64,000 nucleotides of DNA from positions 128,001 through 192,000 of the forward strand of contig CBDATS010000002.1 in the NCBI GenBank assembly GCA_965200245.1, in the 5' to 3' direction. The notes under the pieces were generated by a model. That model made no database searches and had not been told where the DNA came from. It saw nothing but the letters and a program-made list of their open reading frames with translations. Of the stretch, positions 19,872 to 33,908 are shown piece by piece (position 1 is the first letter of the stretch; every line of letters starts with the position of its first letter). Source of the stretch: a bacterium. GTDB taxonomy: Bacteria; UBA8248. Made by a program: the position numbers and the translations under genes.

Positions 19872-20776
19872 GCGAAACCCGGAAACTTTTCGAAGCGCAT
19901 CTGCGAGATGAGCGCGACAGTTCGGAACATACGCTTCGCGCATATGCGACCGATCTGAAGGACTTCGATGCGTTTCTTACCGACTGGGCGGAAAAGCCAG
20001 TTCCACTGGATGAAATCGACCCCTTGGCAATTCGAGGCTATCTCGGGTTTCTGTACAGGAAGGGAGTCTCTCCGAGGACCGTAAACCGGCGCCTGTCGAG
20101 CATACGCAGCCTGTTTCGTTTTTTGAGACGAGAGGGGTTTTCCCTGAACGATCCGGCGCGAGAGACACCCTCCCAAAAAGAAAAAAGGCCCTTGCCCAAT
20201 TTCTTGCCCGTGGACGACGCCGTCCGCCTCATGGAAATGCCCGACACTTCGACCCCGGAAGGCACGAGGGACAGGGCGATCTTCGAACTTCTCTACGGCT
20301 CCGGCCTTCGGGTCAGCGAATTGACGGGGCTGAACCGCGCCGATCTGAACATGGCGGAAAGACTCATTCACGTGCGCGGCAAAGGCAGAAAAGAGAGAAT
20401 CGTGCCCATCACGAAAAAGGCGGCCAACGCCGTATCGAACCACCTCGAGAAGATGGATACTGAATCTACCGAGGATTCTCCCGTGTTCATGAACAAGCGG
20501 AACAAGAGAATCTCCCCGGCCTTTGTGCGTTCGATCTTCCGCACGTATGAAATAAAAGGCGGCTTCAGCTATCATTTCACCCCGCACACCCTTCGCCACA
20601 CGGCGGCGACGCATCTGCTCGAAAGCCAGGAGGCTGACCTTCGCTCAATCCAGGAGTTGTTGGGACACGCGAGCCTCTCCACGACGCAAAGGTACACTCA
20701 GGTGAACTTCTCCCACCTGCGCGCCGTGTACGACGACGCGCACCCCAGGGCGAAGATGCAATCGAAACGAGGATGA
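19838..20776 (+). CDS. xerC: Tyrosine recombinase XerC
   Basis: Catalytic residues GLRVSEL, GKGRKER, HTLRH, LGH and TQRY; the trmFO-xerC-hslVU context indicates the housekeeping recombinase. Confidence 0.9.
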   Translation: MAKQTRLTNSLSETRKLFEAHLRDERDSSEHTLRAYATDLKDFDAFLTDWAEKPVPLDEIDPLAIRGYLGFLYRKGVSPRTVNRRLSSIRSLFRFLRREGFSLNDPARETPSQKEKRPLPNFLPVDDAVRLMEMPDTSTPEGTRDRAIFELLYGSGLRVSELTGLNRADLNMAERLIHVRGKGRKERIVPITKKAANAVSNHLEKMDTESTEDSPVFMNKRNKRISPAFVRSIFRTYEIKGGFSYHFTPHTLRHTAATHLLESQEADLRSIQELLGHASLSTTQRYTQVNFSHLRAVYDDAHPRAKMQSKRG

Positions 20777-20779
20777 TAG

Positions 20780-21327
20780 ATGACGACACCAGACGCCATT
20801 ATCCGCTCGACCACGATTCTCGCTCTGCGCTACAAGGGCCAAACAGCTCTGGGCGGAGATGGACAGGTCACCATGGGGAACGCGGCGGTGAAGCACGGAG
20901 CTGTGAAAATTCGAAAGCTTGGCACCGGAAAGGTACTCGCAGGATTTGCCGGTTCGGCTTCCGACGCCATCGCCCTGTTCGAGCGTTTCGAGGGGAAACT
21001 CGAGGAATACCGGGGGAACCTCTCGCGCGCCGCCGTGGAGATGGGCAAGGATTGGCGGACAGACAGGGTCCTGCGTCGTCTGGAAGCCCTCCTCGCCGTG
21101 GCGGACGAAAACACATCGCTCATCCTCTCGGGCACAGGCGACATTATCGAACCTGATGACGGCGTGCTCGGGATCGGCAGCGGTAGCCCCATGGCCATCG
21201 CCGCCGCGCGTGGCATGCTGAGTCTCGAACCCGATCTCGGCGCAGACGAAATCGTGAGAAAATCTCTGGAAATCGCAGCGGACATCTGCGTCTACACCAA
21301 CAAGAACATTTCAGTGGAAACGCTCTA

Positions 21328-21328
<1 letters not shown>
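20780..21328 (+). CDS. hslV: ATP-dependent protease peptidase subunit HslV
   Basis: Short propeptide then TTIL; GDGQVT, AGFAG, GSGS and ICVYTN motifs. Confidence 0.97.
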
Positions 21329-22686
<1,358 letters not shown>

Positions 22687-22789
22687 ACCTTCACCCCTTC
22701 CCCGTTGGCCATGCACCTTCGGGAAGTGTATATTTTTCGGCTTGTGACGAGAAATCCATATCTCATTCTTCGCTATTGAAGGTTCAGAC

Positions 22790-23665
22790 ATGGAACCTAG
22801 AGACAGGGCGGCGACGCTGATTGAAGCGCTGCCCTATATCCAACAGTTTGCGGGCAAGACCATCGTCGTCAAATACGGCGGCGCGGCGCAGGTGCAGTCG
22901 GAACTTCAAGCTCCCTTCGCACAGGACATCGTGTTGCTCAAGTACGTGGGCATCAACGTGGTCGTCGTCCACGGCGGAGGCCCCCAAATCGGTGAAACCC
23001 TCAAGAAAATCGGCAAGACCAGCGAGTTCATCGAAGGTCTCCGGGTGACGGACGAAGAAACCGTCGGCGTGGTGGAGATGGTACTCTCCGGTGCCACGAA
23101 CAAGAGCATCGTGAGACTCATCAACCGGCACGGTGGGAACGCCGTGGGTCTTTCCGGTTCGGACGCAGGCCTCACGACGGCGAAGAAACTGATCATGAGC
23201 AGAAAAGGGCCAAGCGGAGAGGACATGGAATATGACCTGGGACGCGTCGGCGAGGTGCTGTCGATACAGCCCGATATCATCCACCACCTCACCAACGGCG
23301 GTTTCATTCCCGTCATCGCGCCCCTGGGCGTGGGGGAAGACGGCAACATCTACAACATCAACGCCGACTCTGCTGCCGGTGCCATCGCGGGCGCGTTGCA
23401 CGCGGAAAAATTTATCCTGCTGACCGACGTGCCCGGTATTCTGGACGATGGGCAAAGCCTCATCAGTACCATCAGACACGATGATATTGATAGGCTCAAA
23501 GAAGAGGAAATCATCACCGGCGGGATGATTCCGAAAGTCGACGCGTGTCTGCATGCGCTCTCATCGAACGTCACGAAAACCCACATCGTCGATGGCAGGG
23601 TTCCACACGCCGTTTTGCTCGAAGTGTTCACGGATGAAGGCGTGGGCACGCAAATCGTCAGATAG
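22790..23665 (+). CDS. argB: Acetylglutamate kinase
   Basis: EALPYI, VVKYGG, VHGGGPQI, GLRVTD, NINAD and GGMIPK motifs. Confidence 0.96.
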   Translation: MEPRDRAATLIEALPYIQQFAGKTIVVKYGGAAQVQSELQAPFAQDIVLLKYVGINVVVVHGGGPQIGETLKKIGKTSEFIEGLRVTDEETVGVVEMVLSGATNKSIVRLINRHGGNAVGLSGSDAGLTTAKKLIMSRKGPSGEDMEYDLGRVGEVLSIQPDIIHHLTNGGFIPVIAPLGVGEDGNIYNINADSAAGAIAGALHAEKFILLTDVPGILDDGQSLISTIRHDDIDRLKEEEIITGGMIPKVDACLHALSSNVTKTHIVDGRVPHAVLLEVFTDEGVGTQIVR

Positions 23666-23684
23666 CTCCTTTTTGAGGAAAAAC

Positions 23685-24878
23685 ATGGACAACGCCACAC
23701 TGATCTCGGACGCCGAACTGAACGTCGCCCCCACCTACGGGCGCTATCCTATCGCCCTGGTCCGCGGCGAGGGATGCCGCGTCTGGGATGCGGACGGGAA
23801 GGAATATCTGGATTTTGTATCCGGTCTGGCGGTGTGCAACTTAGGGCACTGCCACCCCGGTGTCGTGGCCGCCATCAGAGAACAGGCCGGAAAGCTGATT
23901 CACGTTTCGAACCTCTATCACATCGAACCACAAATCGAGTTGGCCAAGAAGCTCAACCGGCTTTCTTTCGGTGACAAGGTATTTTTCTGCAACAGCGGCA
24001 CGGAAGCCGTCGAAGCGGCACTCAAACTCGCCAGAAAATATTCGTTCCAAAAATACGGGGAAGGCCGACACGAGATATTGAGCTTCGACATGAGTTTCCA
24101 CGGCCGCACCATGGCGTCTCTCACCGCCACGGGCCAGACGAAATTTCACGGGGCGTTCAAGCCGTTACTGCCCGGTTTCCGCTACGTGCCTTTCGGCGAC
24201 GTGGAAGCGATTGCCGCCTCGGTCTCGGAGCAAACTTGCGCCATCATGGTGGAACCCATCCAGGGCGAGGGAGGCGTGAACGTGCCGCCCGAAGGATATC
24301 TCAAGGGTCTAAGGGAGGTTTGCGACGCCAACGATCTTCTCCTGCTTTTTGATGAGGTGCAGGTCGGCCTCGGCAGGACGGGAAAACTCTGGGCGTACGA
24401 GAACGAGGGTGTAGCGCCCGACGCCATGAGCCTCGCGAAGGCGCTCGCGGGCGGAACGGCCATAGGCGCTCTGGTCGCATCGGATAAAGCCATGGCGTTC
24501 GAACCAGGCGACCACGCCGCCACGTTCGGGGGCAATCCACTGGCCACCGCCGCAGGATGCGCAGCAGTGGACGCCATCACCGCACCCGGATTCCTCGAAC
24601 ATGTCCGGGAGATGGGAGCCTACACTACCGCAGGACTCGAGGAATTGGCGAAGCGGCACGCTATCATCAAGGACATCAGAGGCAAGGGGCTGATCATCGG
24701 CTGCGAGGTGGACGTGGACGCGACTTCCATCGTCGCGAAGGGATTCAAGGCGGGGTTTTTGCTCAACGTAGCCGTCCAGAAGGTTATCCGGCTCATCCCG
24801 CCCCTCGTCGTGGAAAAGGAAATGATCGACAAGTTGATGGATTTCCTCGACAAGGCACTCGCGGATCTGGCGAAATGA
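23685..24878 (+). CDS. argD: Acetylornithine aminotransferase
   Basis: FCNSGTEA, FHGRT, EPIQGEGG, DEVQVGLGRTG, PLP lysine in LAKALAGG; ATG at 23685 after a GAGG RBS. Confidence 0.94.
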   Translation: MDNATLISDAELNVAPTYGRYPIALVRGEGCRVWDADGKEYLDFVSGLAVCNLGHCHPGVVAAIREQAGKLIHVSNLYHIEPQIELAKKLNRLSFGDKVFFCNSGTEAVEAALKLARKYSFQKYGEGRHEILSFDMSFHGRTMASLTATGQTKFHGAFKPLLPGFRYVPFGDVEAIAASVSEQTCAIMVEPIQGEGGVNVPPEGYLKGLREVCDANDLLLLFDEVQVGLGRTGKLWAYENEGVAPDAMSLAKALAGGTAIGALVASDKAMAFEPGDHAATFGGNPLATAAGCAAVDAITAPGFLEHVREMGAYTTAGLEELAKRHAIIKDIRGKGLIIGCEVDVDATSIVAKGFKAGFLLNVAVQKVIRLIPPLVVEKEMIDKLMDFLDKALADLAK

Positions 24879-25816
24879 ACAAGCTCGACTATCTAACCGG
24901 CCAGGAACTGAGCGCCGCCCAAACGCTGGAACTCATCGAAGAAGCGCTTGTCCAGAAACAAGAAACCGTACAGGAGGGAAAACTCCGCCCCGCCTTGGCG
25001 GGAAAGAACTTCGCGTTCCTCTTTGAAAAGCACTCCACGAGAACCCGGGTTTCCTTTGAGGCAGGGCTATCGCAACTGGGCGCGAACGCGATTTTCCTAG
25101 CTCCCAACGACACACAGATTGCCCGGGGAGAAACCCCCGCAGACAGCGCAAAGGTGCTGAGCGAATATGTGGACGGCATCATCGTCAGAACCTATGCACA
25201 TGAACGCGTGGAGGAAATCGCCGCGAACGCGGGCGTTCCCGTGATCAACGGCCTGACGGACCTGCACCATCCCTGCCAGGCGCTTGCCGATTTCCTGACA
25301 ATGAGAGAACGCTACGGAACGCTCGAGAACTTGAAACTCGCCTATTTGGGCGACGGAAACAACGTGCTCCATTCACTGCTCATCGTGGGCGCCTTGATTG
25401 GTGTTGACGTGAGCGCCGCGTGCCCGAAAGAATATTGGCCGGACTCCGGAATCCTGGAACAGGCTCAAAACTCGGCGCGAGAATCCAGCGCGCAAATCCA
25501 CGTCACAGAAGACGCGGAAGAAGCCTGCACTGACGCCGATGCCATTTATACGGACGTATGGACCTCTATGGGACAGGAAGAAGAGAACGAGCACCGCCAG
25601 AGGGTGCTGGCTCCATATCAAGTGAACGAGAACGTATTCCGGGTCACGAACGAGGACGCCGTCTTCATGCACTGCCTCCCCGCACACAGAGGGGAGGAGG
25701 TAACTGCGGACGTCATCGACGGCCCGCGCAGCGTCGTGTTCACGCAGGCAGGGAATCGGCTCCACGCACAGAAGATACTCCTTCAAATCCTAGCTGGAGG
25801 AAACAATGGCGCCTAA
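24875..25816 (+). CDS. argF: Ornithine carbamoyltransferase
   Basis: [22 protein letters not shown] and HCLP motifs; ATG at 24875 overlaps the argD stop. Confidence 0.95.
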   Translation: MNKLDYLTGQELSAAQTLELIEEALVQKQETVQEGKLRPALAGKNFAFLFEKHSTRTRVSFEAGLSQLGANAIFLAPNDTQIARGETPADSAKVLSEYVDGIIVRTYAHERVEEIAANAGVPVINGLTDLHHPCQALADFLTMRERYGTLENLKLAYLGDGNNVLHSLLIVGALIGVDVSAACPKEYWPDSGILEQAQNSARESSAQIHVTEDAEEACTDADAIYTDVWTSMGQEEENEHRQRVLAPYQVNENVFRVTNEDAVFMHCLPAHRGEEVTADVIDGPRSVVFTQAGNRLHAQKILLQILAGGNNGA

Positions 25817-27020
25817 GCCGAAAAGGGTCGTCCTCGCCTACTCAGGAGGGCTGGACACCTCCGTCATGCTCAAGTGGATCAAGGAAACGTACGAATGCCC
25901 CGTCGTGGCCTATGCGGCGGATGTCGGACAGGGTGCAGGAGAACTCGACGGCCTGGAGGAAAAGGCGCTGGCCACAGGTGCGGAATCGTGCCACATCCTC
26001 GATTTGAGGGAAGAGTTCGCGTGCGACTTCATCTTTGCCATGTTGCGCGCGGGCGCCATTTACGAAGGGTCATATCTGCTGGGAACCTCCATCGCAAGGC
26101 CGCTCATCGCGAAAGGCCACATGGACGTGCTTGCAAAAACGGGGGGCGACGCCGTCGCCCATGGAGCGACGGGCAAGGGGAACGACCAGGTGCGCTTCGA
26201 GTTGACATATGCCTCCATCGATCCGGAGGTCACCATCATCGCGCCCTGGCGTGACTGGGACTTCGGGGGGCGGTCCCACCTCATCGCCTACGCGGAAAGG
26301 CACGGCATCCCCATACCTGTGACGGCGGAAAAACCCTATTCGATGGACAGAAACCTCCTGCACATCAGCTTCGAGGGCGGTGTTCTGGAAGACCCCTGGG
26401 CGGAGCCGCCCGAGGACATGTACGTCCTGAGCGTATCCCCCGAAAAAGCGCCGGACGCGCCCGAATATGTCGAAATCGAATTTGAAAGGGGCGACCCCGT
26501 GGCATTAAACGGAGAACCCCTCTCTGCGGTCGCCATGATGGAGAGACTCAATGCCTTGGCTGGCGCGCACGGCGTGGGCCGGGTGGACCTGGTCGAGAAC
26601 CGCTTCGTTGGCATGAAGAGCAGAGGCGTCTACGAAACGCCTGCCGGCACGGTGTTACATGCGGCGCGACGGGCCGTGGAATCCCTGACGATGGACAGGG
26701 AAGTCATGCAACTGCGCGATTCCCTGATCCCAAAATACGCGCAACTCGTCTACAACGGCTTTTGGTTCGCGCCCGAGCGGGAATTCCTGCAATCCGCCAT
26801 TGATCGTGCGGCGGAAACGGTTTGCGGCTCGGCCCGGGTGAAACTCTTCAAGGGTTCCTGCAGCGTGGTGGGAAGAAAAGCACCTGAAAACATGACCCTG
26901 TATCGTCCCGACCTCGCCACCTTTGAGGAAGATGTGGTCTATTCTCAGAAAGATGCAGAAGGGTTCATCCGCCTGAACGCCTTGCGTCTCAGAGTGCGCT
27001 CGCAACGCGGTTCCCGGTAG
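25806..27020 (+). CDS. argG: Argininosuccinate synthase
   Basis: [24 protein letters not shown] and [11 protein letters not shown] motifs. Confidence 0.98.
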   Translation: MAPKPKRVVLAYSGGLDTSVMLKWIKETYECPVVAYAADVGQGAGELDGLEEKALATGAESCHILDLREEFACDFIFAMLRAGAIYEGSYLLGTSIARPLIAKGHMDVLAKTGGDAVAHGATGKGNDQVRFELTYASIDPEVTIIAPWRDWDFGGRSHLIAYAERHGIPIPVTAEKPYSMDRNLLHISFEGGVLEDPWAEPPEDMYVLSVSPEKAPDAPEYVEIEFERGDPVALNGEPLSAVAMMERLNALAGAHGVGRVDLVENRFVGMKSRGVYETPAGTVLHAARRAVESLTMDREVMQLRDSLIPKYAQLVYNGFWFAPEREFLQSAIDRAAETVCGSARVKLFKGSCSVVGRKAPENMTLYRPDLATFEEDVVYSQKDAEGFIRLNALRLRVRSQRGSR

Positions 27021-27469
27021 AATCTTTCCGGTTGTCCTGCAATTCCTCGTAAAATTTGTGCTTAAATCGGGGTTTTGCGGCGATGGTCGCATGACACGAG
27101 CGGTGGTGAACAGTCACTTCTCCCAGCCGAAACACCTCGCCCTTTTCGGAAATTGCTTGAATGACTCTACAACTCCTTGGGTGATTTGTTTCTAGATATC
27201 GTCAATTGATATTCAATGACCCTCTATGTTTCCCAACCTACGCTCACTGTATTCTTTATTTTTTGTATTTCGACCCGGATTAGATTATCCTCTATATGTG
27301 TGGCTATGCCGATGGTTCCATTAAGCCAGTATGGCCTCAAACTTCCGCCCATTCTCTTCAAAATATACAATAATGGTCGTTGGCAATCTGGAATGGACTC
27401 AAGCTAGCTATGCGTATATATGATGATTTGCGACTAAAATGAAGTCATCCAAATGAGGGAGGAAGCTCC

Positions 27470-28162
27470 ATGTCCATGGGTGAGAGGCAGATGGATGACC
27501 CCCGTGAGCTGCCCATTTACACGATTTCCGAGGCTGCGCGCTATCTTACCGTACCCGCTGCTACGATCCGCTACTGGTCGGTGGGCCGGGACGATTATCA
27601 GCCATTGATTACAACACCCGAGCACGAACCGGTGCTACTTTCGTTCCTGAATCTTACGGAACTTCACATTCTGGCCGCCATCCGCCGAAAGCACAAGGTA
27701 AAAATGCCGAGTATCCGAAAGGCGATCCAGTACCTGGCAAAGCATCCTCTGAGAGCGTCTGAAAAGCGCCATCCACTGATCAGCCGCAAGTTGGAGACGG
27801 ACGGACTGGATCTGCTCATCGAACAATACGGGCAACTGATTAATATTAGCCAAGCAGGTCAAACAGCCATGCGGGAGATTATCAGCGCAGCACTGCGTCG
27901 CATCAATCGTGACTCCGATGGTATCCCGATCAAGCTCTATCCGTTTACAAGAGCGGCTATGATCGACGCGCCGTCTATGGTCGTCATAGACCCGACGATT
28001 TCTGCCGGCCGGCCTATAATCTCCGGTACCGGGCTCACCACGCAACTCATTGCCGAGCGCTACAAGGCAGGGGAATCGGTCAGCGATTTGGCTCGAGACT
28101 ATGAGCGTGAAAATGCGGAAATCGAAGAAGCGATCCGCTGTGAACTCCAAGCCGCAGCTTGA
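27470..28162 (+). CDS. Putative antitoxin, N-terminal HTH plus C-terminal DUF433 (VapB45-like)
   Basis: PIYTISEAARYLTVPAATIRYW HTH, LSFLNLTELH, DUF433 signature IDPTISAGRPIISGTG...ERYKAGESVSDLARDY; GGAGG RBS. Confidence 0.85.
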   Translation: MSMGERQMDDPRELPIYTISEAARYLTVPAATIRYWSVGRDDYQPLITTPEHEPVLLSFLNLTELHILAAIRRKHKVKMPSIRKAIQYLAKHPLRASEKRHPLISRKLETDGLDLLIEQYGQLINISQAGQTAMREIISAALRRINRDSDGIPIKLYPFTRAAMIDAPSMVVIDPTISAGRPIISGTGLTTQLIAERYKAGESVSDLARDYERENAEIEEAIRCELQAAA

Positions 28163-28577
28163 GGATCCAACCCGTTTCCTGGATCGGAATCTCGGAAGGC
28201 ACATTATCGCGAAACAGTTCCGATTGGAAGGAATGAAAGTCGAAGTTCACGACGATCATTTTCCGTTGGGTGCTCCGGATGAAGAGTGGCTGGCGCACGC
28301 TTGGAACATGAATTGGGTGGCAGTTACTATGGACAAGAACATCCGTTATTGGCCTGTCTAATCCAATGCCATCAAGAAACATAGGGTGCGCGTAATCGTG
28401 GTGCGGATGAAAAACGCAACGGGACCGGATATGGCCGGGTTGCTGGCAAAAATGAGACGTCGGATCACACCCTTCAACGCAAAAACGTCTGCTCCATTTG
28501 TGGCGGGGCTGGATCGGAGTGGCAGGATAAAAACCATAGGTGATTATCCTCTTGATGAACTCGGTACAACACCTTGA
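28140..28577 (+). pseudogene. PIN-like (VapC45-type) toxin interrupted by one in-frame TAA
   Basis: GTG start at 28140 overlaps the antitoxin end. FLDRNLG...HDDHF...PDEEWL...VTMDKNIRY, TAA at 28359-28361, then the same frame continues SNAIKKHRVRVIVV... to TGA 28577. Confidence 0.8.
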
Positions 28578-28870
28578 CGCCGGGGCCATCCCATAGAAGC
28601 GAAAGATGCTGGGGTGTTATGAGATATTCAGAAGCGCAAGCTATACTACCCGGCGGATCAAATTGCCACAGAACAAAGTATACAGAGACGCCGACGAGAG
28701 ATGGTGCTTCGGGATTTCTAAATTATATCAATCGATTATCGATGAATTACGGGCCACGAGAATAGTTCGTTTTTCTCTGTGCCTGTATCTTGCAGAAATA
28801 AGCATATGATGAGTCAGCGAACTCCCTGAGAAATTGCAGTGTTACATCGGCAAGTGATGGGAGTATTGTC

Positions 28871-29800
28871 TCAAGCTTTGGCGGCGGAACTGCTCTTTCT
28901 TCTGGTTCTGCTGCGCGCCGCCTCGGGCCACGCCAGCAGGATGGGGCTGGCCACGTAAACAGAGGAATAGGTGCCGGCCACAATGCCGATCGCCAAAGCA
29001 AAGGCTACGTCCGAAATCACGTCGCCACCCAGGAAAAGGAAAGCCAGCACGGCGATCAAGGTCGTCCCAGAAGTGAGCAATGTACGTGACAGCGTCTGGT
29101 TGATGGATTTGTTGACCAAGCCTGAAAACTCAGCCCGCCTCGAAACGCGCGTATTCTCGCGAATACGGTCGAACACGACGATGGTGTCGTTCAGCGAATA
29201 ACCGATGATGGTCAGGACGGCCGCCACGATGGGGAGCGTGAACTCCTTGCCGGACAGGGAAAAGACACCCAGGGCGATGATGACGTCGTGCAAAAGCGCC
29301 ACGACCGAGGCAATCGCCTGGCGAAACTGGAAACGGAAACTGATGTAGATCAGGATGCCGACGAGGGCGAAGAGCATGCTGCTGAGCGCCTTCTGGCGCA
29401 AATCAGCACCGACTTTCGGCCCTACCATCTCGGTCCTGCGCATCTCGAACGCATCTTTGCCGAATTTCTTTACGAGTGCGCCTTTCACGATGGATTCGAC
29501 ACCCTTGATATCACCGGAGCTTTTCTCCACACGAACCAGGAACTCCCTGTCAGAACCGAAATTCTGGATCACGGTATCACCCAAAGAAAGCCCCGCAACG
29601 GCACTACGCACCTCCCCTATCGGCTTGGCCTCTTTGAATTGTACCTGAACCAGTGTTCCGCCGGTGAAATCGATGCCGTAGTTAATTCCCTTGGTCAAAA
29701 GAAGGAAGATGGACAGTATCACGACTACGGTGGAAATGCCGGCGAAGAGCTTGATTTTGCCGATGATATCGAACGATATGCCTGGCCGGATGATTTCCAT
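28871..29800 (-). CDS. secF: Protein translocase subunit SecF
   Basis: GIDFTGGT, VGPKVG, HDV, GYSLNDTIVVFDRIRE and GTYSS motifs. Confidence 0.97.
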   Translation of the reverse strand: MEIIRPGISFDIIGKIKLFAGISTVVVILSIFLLLTKGINYGIDFTGGTLVQVQFKEAKPIGEVRSAVAGLSLGDTVIQNFGSDREFLVRVEKSSGDIKGVESIVKGALVKKFGKDAFEMRRTEMVGPKVGADLRQKALSSMLFALVGILIYISFRFQFRQAIASVVALLHDVIIALGVFSLSGKEFTLPIVAAVLTIIGYSLNDTIVVFDRIRENTRVSRRAEFSGLVNKSINQTLSRTLLTSGTTLIAVLAFLFLGGDVISDVAFALAIGIVAGTYSSVYVASPILLAWPEAARSRTRRKSSSAAKA

Positions 29801-31350
29801 CAGATGCTCAAACTCCTCACGTCGGTGCGGAACAGGAAGAAGTCATATACGAATCGGGTGACGAAAATCGCCGTGAACATACTTGCCACGATACCAATGC
29901 TCAAGGTGACGGCAAATCCTTTGATGGGCCCCGTTCCGAACTGCAGTAGTACGAGTGCTGCGATGAGCGTCGTCACGTTCGCGTCGAGAATGGTAAGGAA
30001 GGCTTTGCCGTAACCCGAATCGATGGCGGATCGAATGGTTTTCCCCAGACGCAACTCTTCTCGGATGCGCTCGAATATCAAGACGTTTGCGTCCACCGCC
30101 ATACCAACCGTGAGCACGATGCCCGCGATTCCCGGCAGAGTCAGCGTGGCACCGAAAAAGCCGAGTGCCCCCATGAGTATCAGGAGGTTGAACAAAAGTG
30201 CCATGATAGCCACAGCACCACTCAACTTGTAATAGACCCCCATGAATATAAGTACAAGAACGAAGCCGACGATGATGCTGATGAGGCCCTGTCGCACGGA
30301 ATCGGCTCCCAGCGAAGGCCCGACGTTTCTCTCCTCAAGCACTTCCACCGGAGCGGGAAGCGCGCCTGCTCTCAAGGCAATTGCCAGATCTGTCGCTTCT
30401 TCAAGCGTGAAACTCCCCGTGATCTGCGCCCTGCCCTGGCTGATACGTTCCTGAATCACGGGCGCGCTGTAGATGACGCCATCCAGCACGATAGCGAGTC
30501 GCCTGCCCACGTTGGCTGCCGTGAGGCGGTCGAACGCATCCGCACCTACGGAATCGAACGCGATGGCCACATACGACTGGTTGAAGCGATCACCGATTTC
30601 TACTCGGGCATCCGTGAGGTTGTCCCCCGTCAGGGCAGCTTCTCTTTTGACCAGCAGGGGGGTGCGCTCAAGTACCTCGCCCGTCTGACTGTCTCTTGTC
30701 ACCTGGTAGAGAAGTTGAAGCCCCTCGGGCGCGTGACCTCTTTCCAACGCATTCGCCACGTTGGCCTGGTTGTCCACCATCTTAAATTCGAGAAGCGCGG
30801 TTTTGCCGATCAAGGACTTCGCCCGGGAGGGGTCTTCCACACCGGGAAGCTGGATGATGATGCGCCGCTCTCCCTGGCGCTGCAACGTAGGCTCACGCAC
30901 TCCGAACTGATCGATGCGGTTACGAATGGTCTCGAGCGCCTGGACGATTGATTGTTCTTTCGTGCGTTCCACCTGTTGCGATGAGAGGAAATAGACGAAC
31001 GTCGGCGGTGTTCCCTCTTCGCGCTCCAAGGTGAGGTCGGGGTAATTCTGCATCATCGAGAGAAAACGCCCCCTGTCACCGGGGCGGTGAAGCGTTACCG
31101 TCAGCTTCAGCGCATCGCGTTTGAAGGTTCGGGTACGTATGTCGTCTATGGAGAGGCGGTTTCGAATCTCCGTGAAGTAGCGGCTCATCTTCGAATCCAC
31201 CGCCTTTTCGGTTTGCACCTCAAGGACCAGATGAATGCCACCCTGCAGGTCCAGCCCCAGGTTGATGCGATCTTCCGGTGGAATCAGATAGAAAGCGGAC
31301 ACGACGATAACAAAAGCTACCAAGCCCGCCTTCCAGCCCATACCCCTCAT
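29800..31350 (-). CDS. secD: Protein translocase subunit SecD
   Basis: LGLDLQGG, RIDQFGVREP, LRAGALP, VGPSLG and GMAVDANVLIFERIREE motifs. Confidence 0.97.
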   Translation of the reverse strand: MRGMGWKAGLVAFVIVVSAFYLIPPEDRINLGLDLQGGIHLVLEVQTEKAVDSKMSRYFTEIRNRLSIDDIRTRTFKRDALKLTVTLHRPGDRGRFLSMMQNYPDLTLEREEGTPPTFVYFLSSQQVERTKEQSIVQALETIRNRIDQFGVREPTLQRQGERRIIIQLPGVEDPSRAKSLIGKTALLEFKMVDNQANVANALERGHAPEGLQLLYQVTRDSQTGEVLERTPLLVKREAALTGDNLTDARVEIGDRFNQSYVAIAFDSVGADAFDRLTAANVGRRLAIVLDGVIYSAPVIQERISQGRAQITGSFTLEEATDLAIALRAGALPAPVEVLEERNVGPSLGADSVRQGLISIIVGFVLVLIFMGVYYKLSGAVAIMALLFNLLILMGALGFFGATLTLPGIAGIVLTVGMAVDANVLIFERIREELRLGKTIRSAIDSGYGKAFLTILDANVTTLIAALVLLQFGTGPIKGFAVTLSIGIVASMFTAIFVTRFVYDFFLFRTDVRSLSI

Positions 31351-31431
31351 GCAACTCTCCTTACTCCAAGCGGCGCCATGCCGCCCATATCGAACATCAT
31401 TTCACCGAATGAAGGAGAAATGACTTCACTT

Positions 31432-31824
31432 TTATTTTTTTGATTTTTCTTTCTGGGGAGCGTTGTTCTGCTCCGCATTCGCGCCTGAGTTATTGGCCGT
31501 AACGAAAGTCTTTTGCACGCGAATGCGCACGTTTTCATCCACCTTGAGCGTCACGATGTCGTCCTTGATTCTCGCCACTTCGCCCAGTATTCCGTTCGCG
31601 ACTACCTGATCGCCGGGCTTGAGGGCCTCTTGCATCCTGCGTATCTCCTGCTGTCTTTTCTGCTGGGGTCTGATCATGATGAAATAGATGATGGCGAAAA
31701 TCATCAGGAACGGCGCCAACTGAATCAGGAAACTGGGTTGCCCTCCCCCTTCGCCGGAGGGAGGAGCCATGGCGTACGCAACGGAAAAATCCGTCAACCA
31801 TGCCACTAGAGAATCCAACATCAT
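31432..31824 (-). CDS. yajC: Preprotein translocase subunit YajC
   Basis: IYFIMIRPQQKR and LKPGDQVV motifs; tgt-yajC-secDF order. Confidence 0.93.
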   Translation of the reverse strand: MMLDSLVAWLTDFSVAYAMAPPSGEGGGQPSFLIQLAPFLMIFAIIYFIMIRPQQKRQQEIRRMQEALKPGDQVVANGILGEVARIKDDIVTLKVDENVRIRVQKTFVTANNSGANAEQNNAPQKEKSKK

Positions 31825-31869
31825 CTACATCTCCATGGAAAATGCTTCACCTGTCTTCATAGCCAAGGC

Positions 31870-31898
31870 TTCGTAACAAAGCCCCCGCTCCTTGTCAA
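31870..31898 (-). promoter_or_regulatory. Putative sigma70 promoter for yajC-secDF
   Basis: Minus strand reads TTGACA-17 nt-TACGAA with TG just upstream of the -10. Confidence 0.5.
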
Positions 31899-31921
31899 CA
31901 AAGGTATTAAGAATCAGTCGC

Positions 31922-33876
<1,955 letters not shown>

Positions 33877-33908
33877 GATCACTCTCGTTCGTGTCAGACA
33901 AACTTCCG

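Noticed and set aside
19838-20776. Tyrosine recombinase as a sign of a prophage or integrative element
   Set aside because: It lies in the conserved topA-trmFO-xerC-hslVU context, with no att sites or cargo.
27216-27407. Small ORFs flanking the TA pair (also 28574-28809)
   Set aside because: They are short, lack an RBS or recognisable motifs, and lie in atypical-composition DNA.
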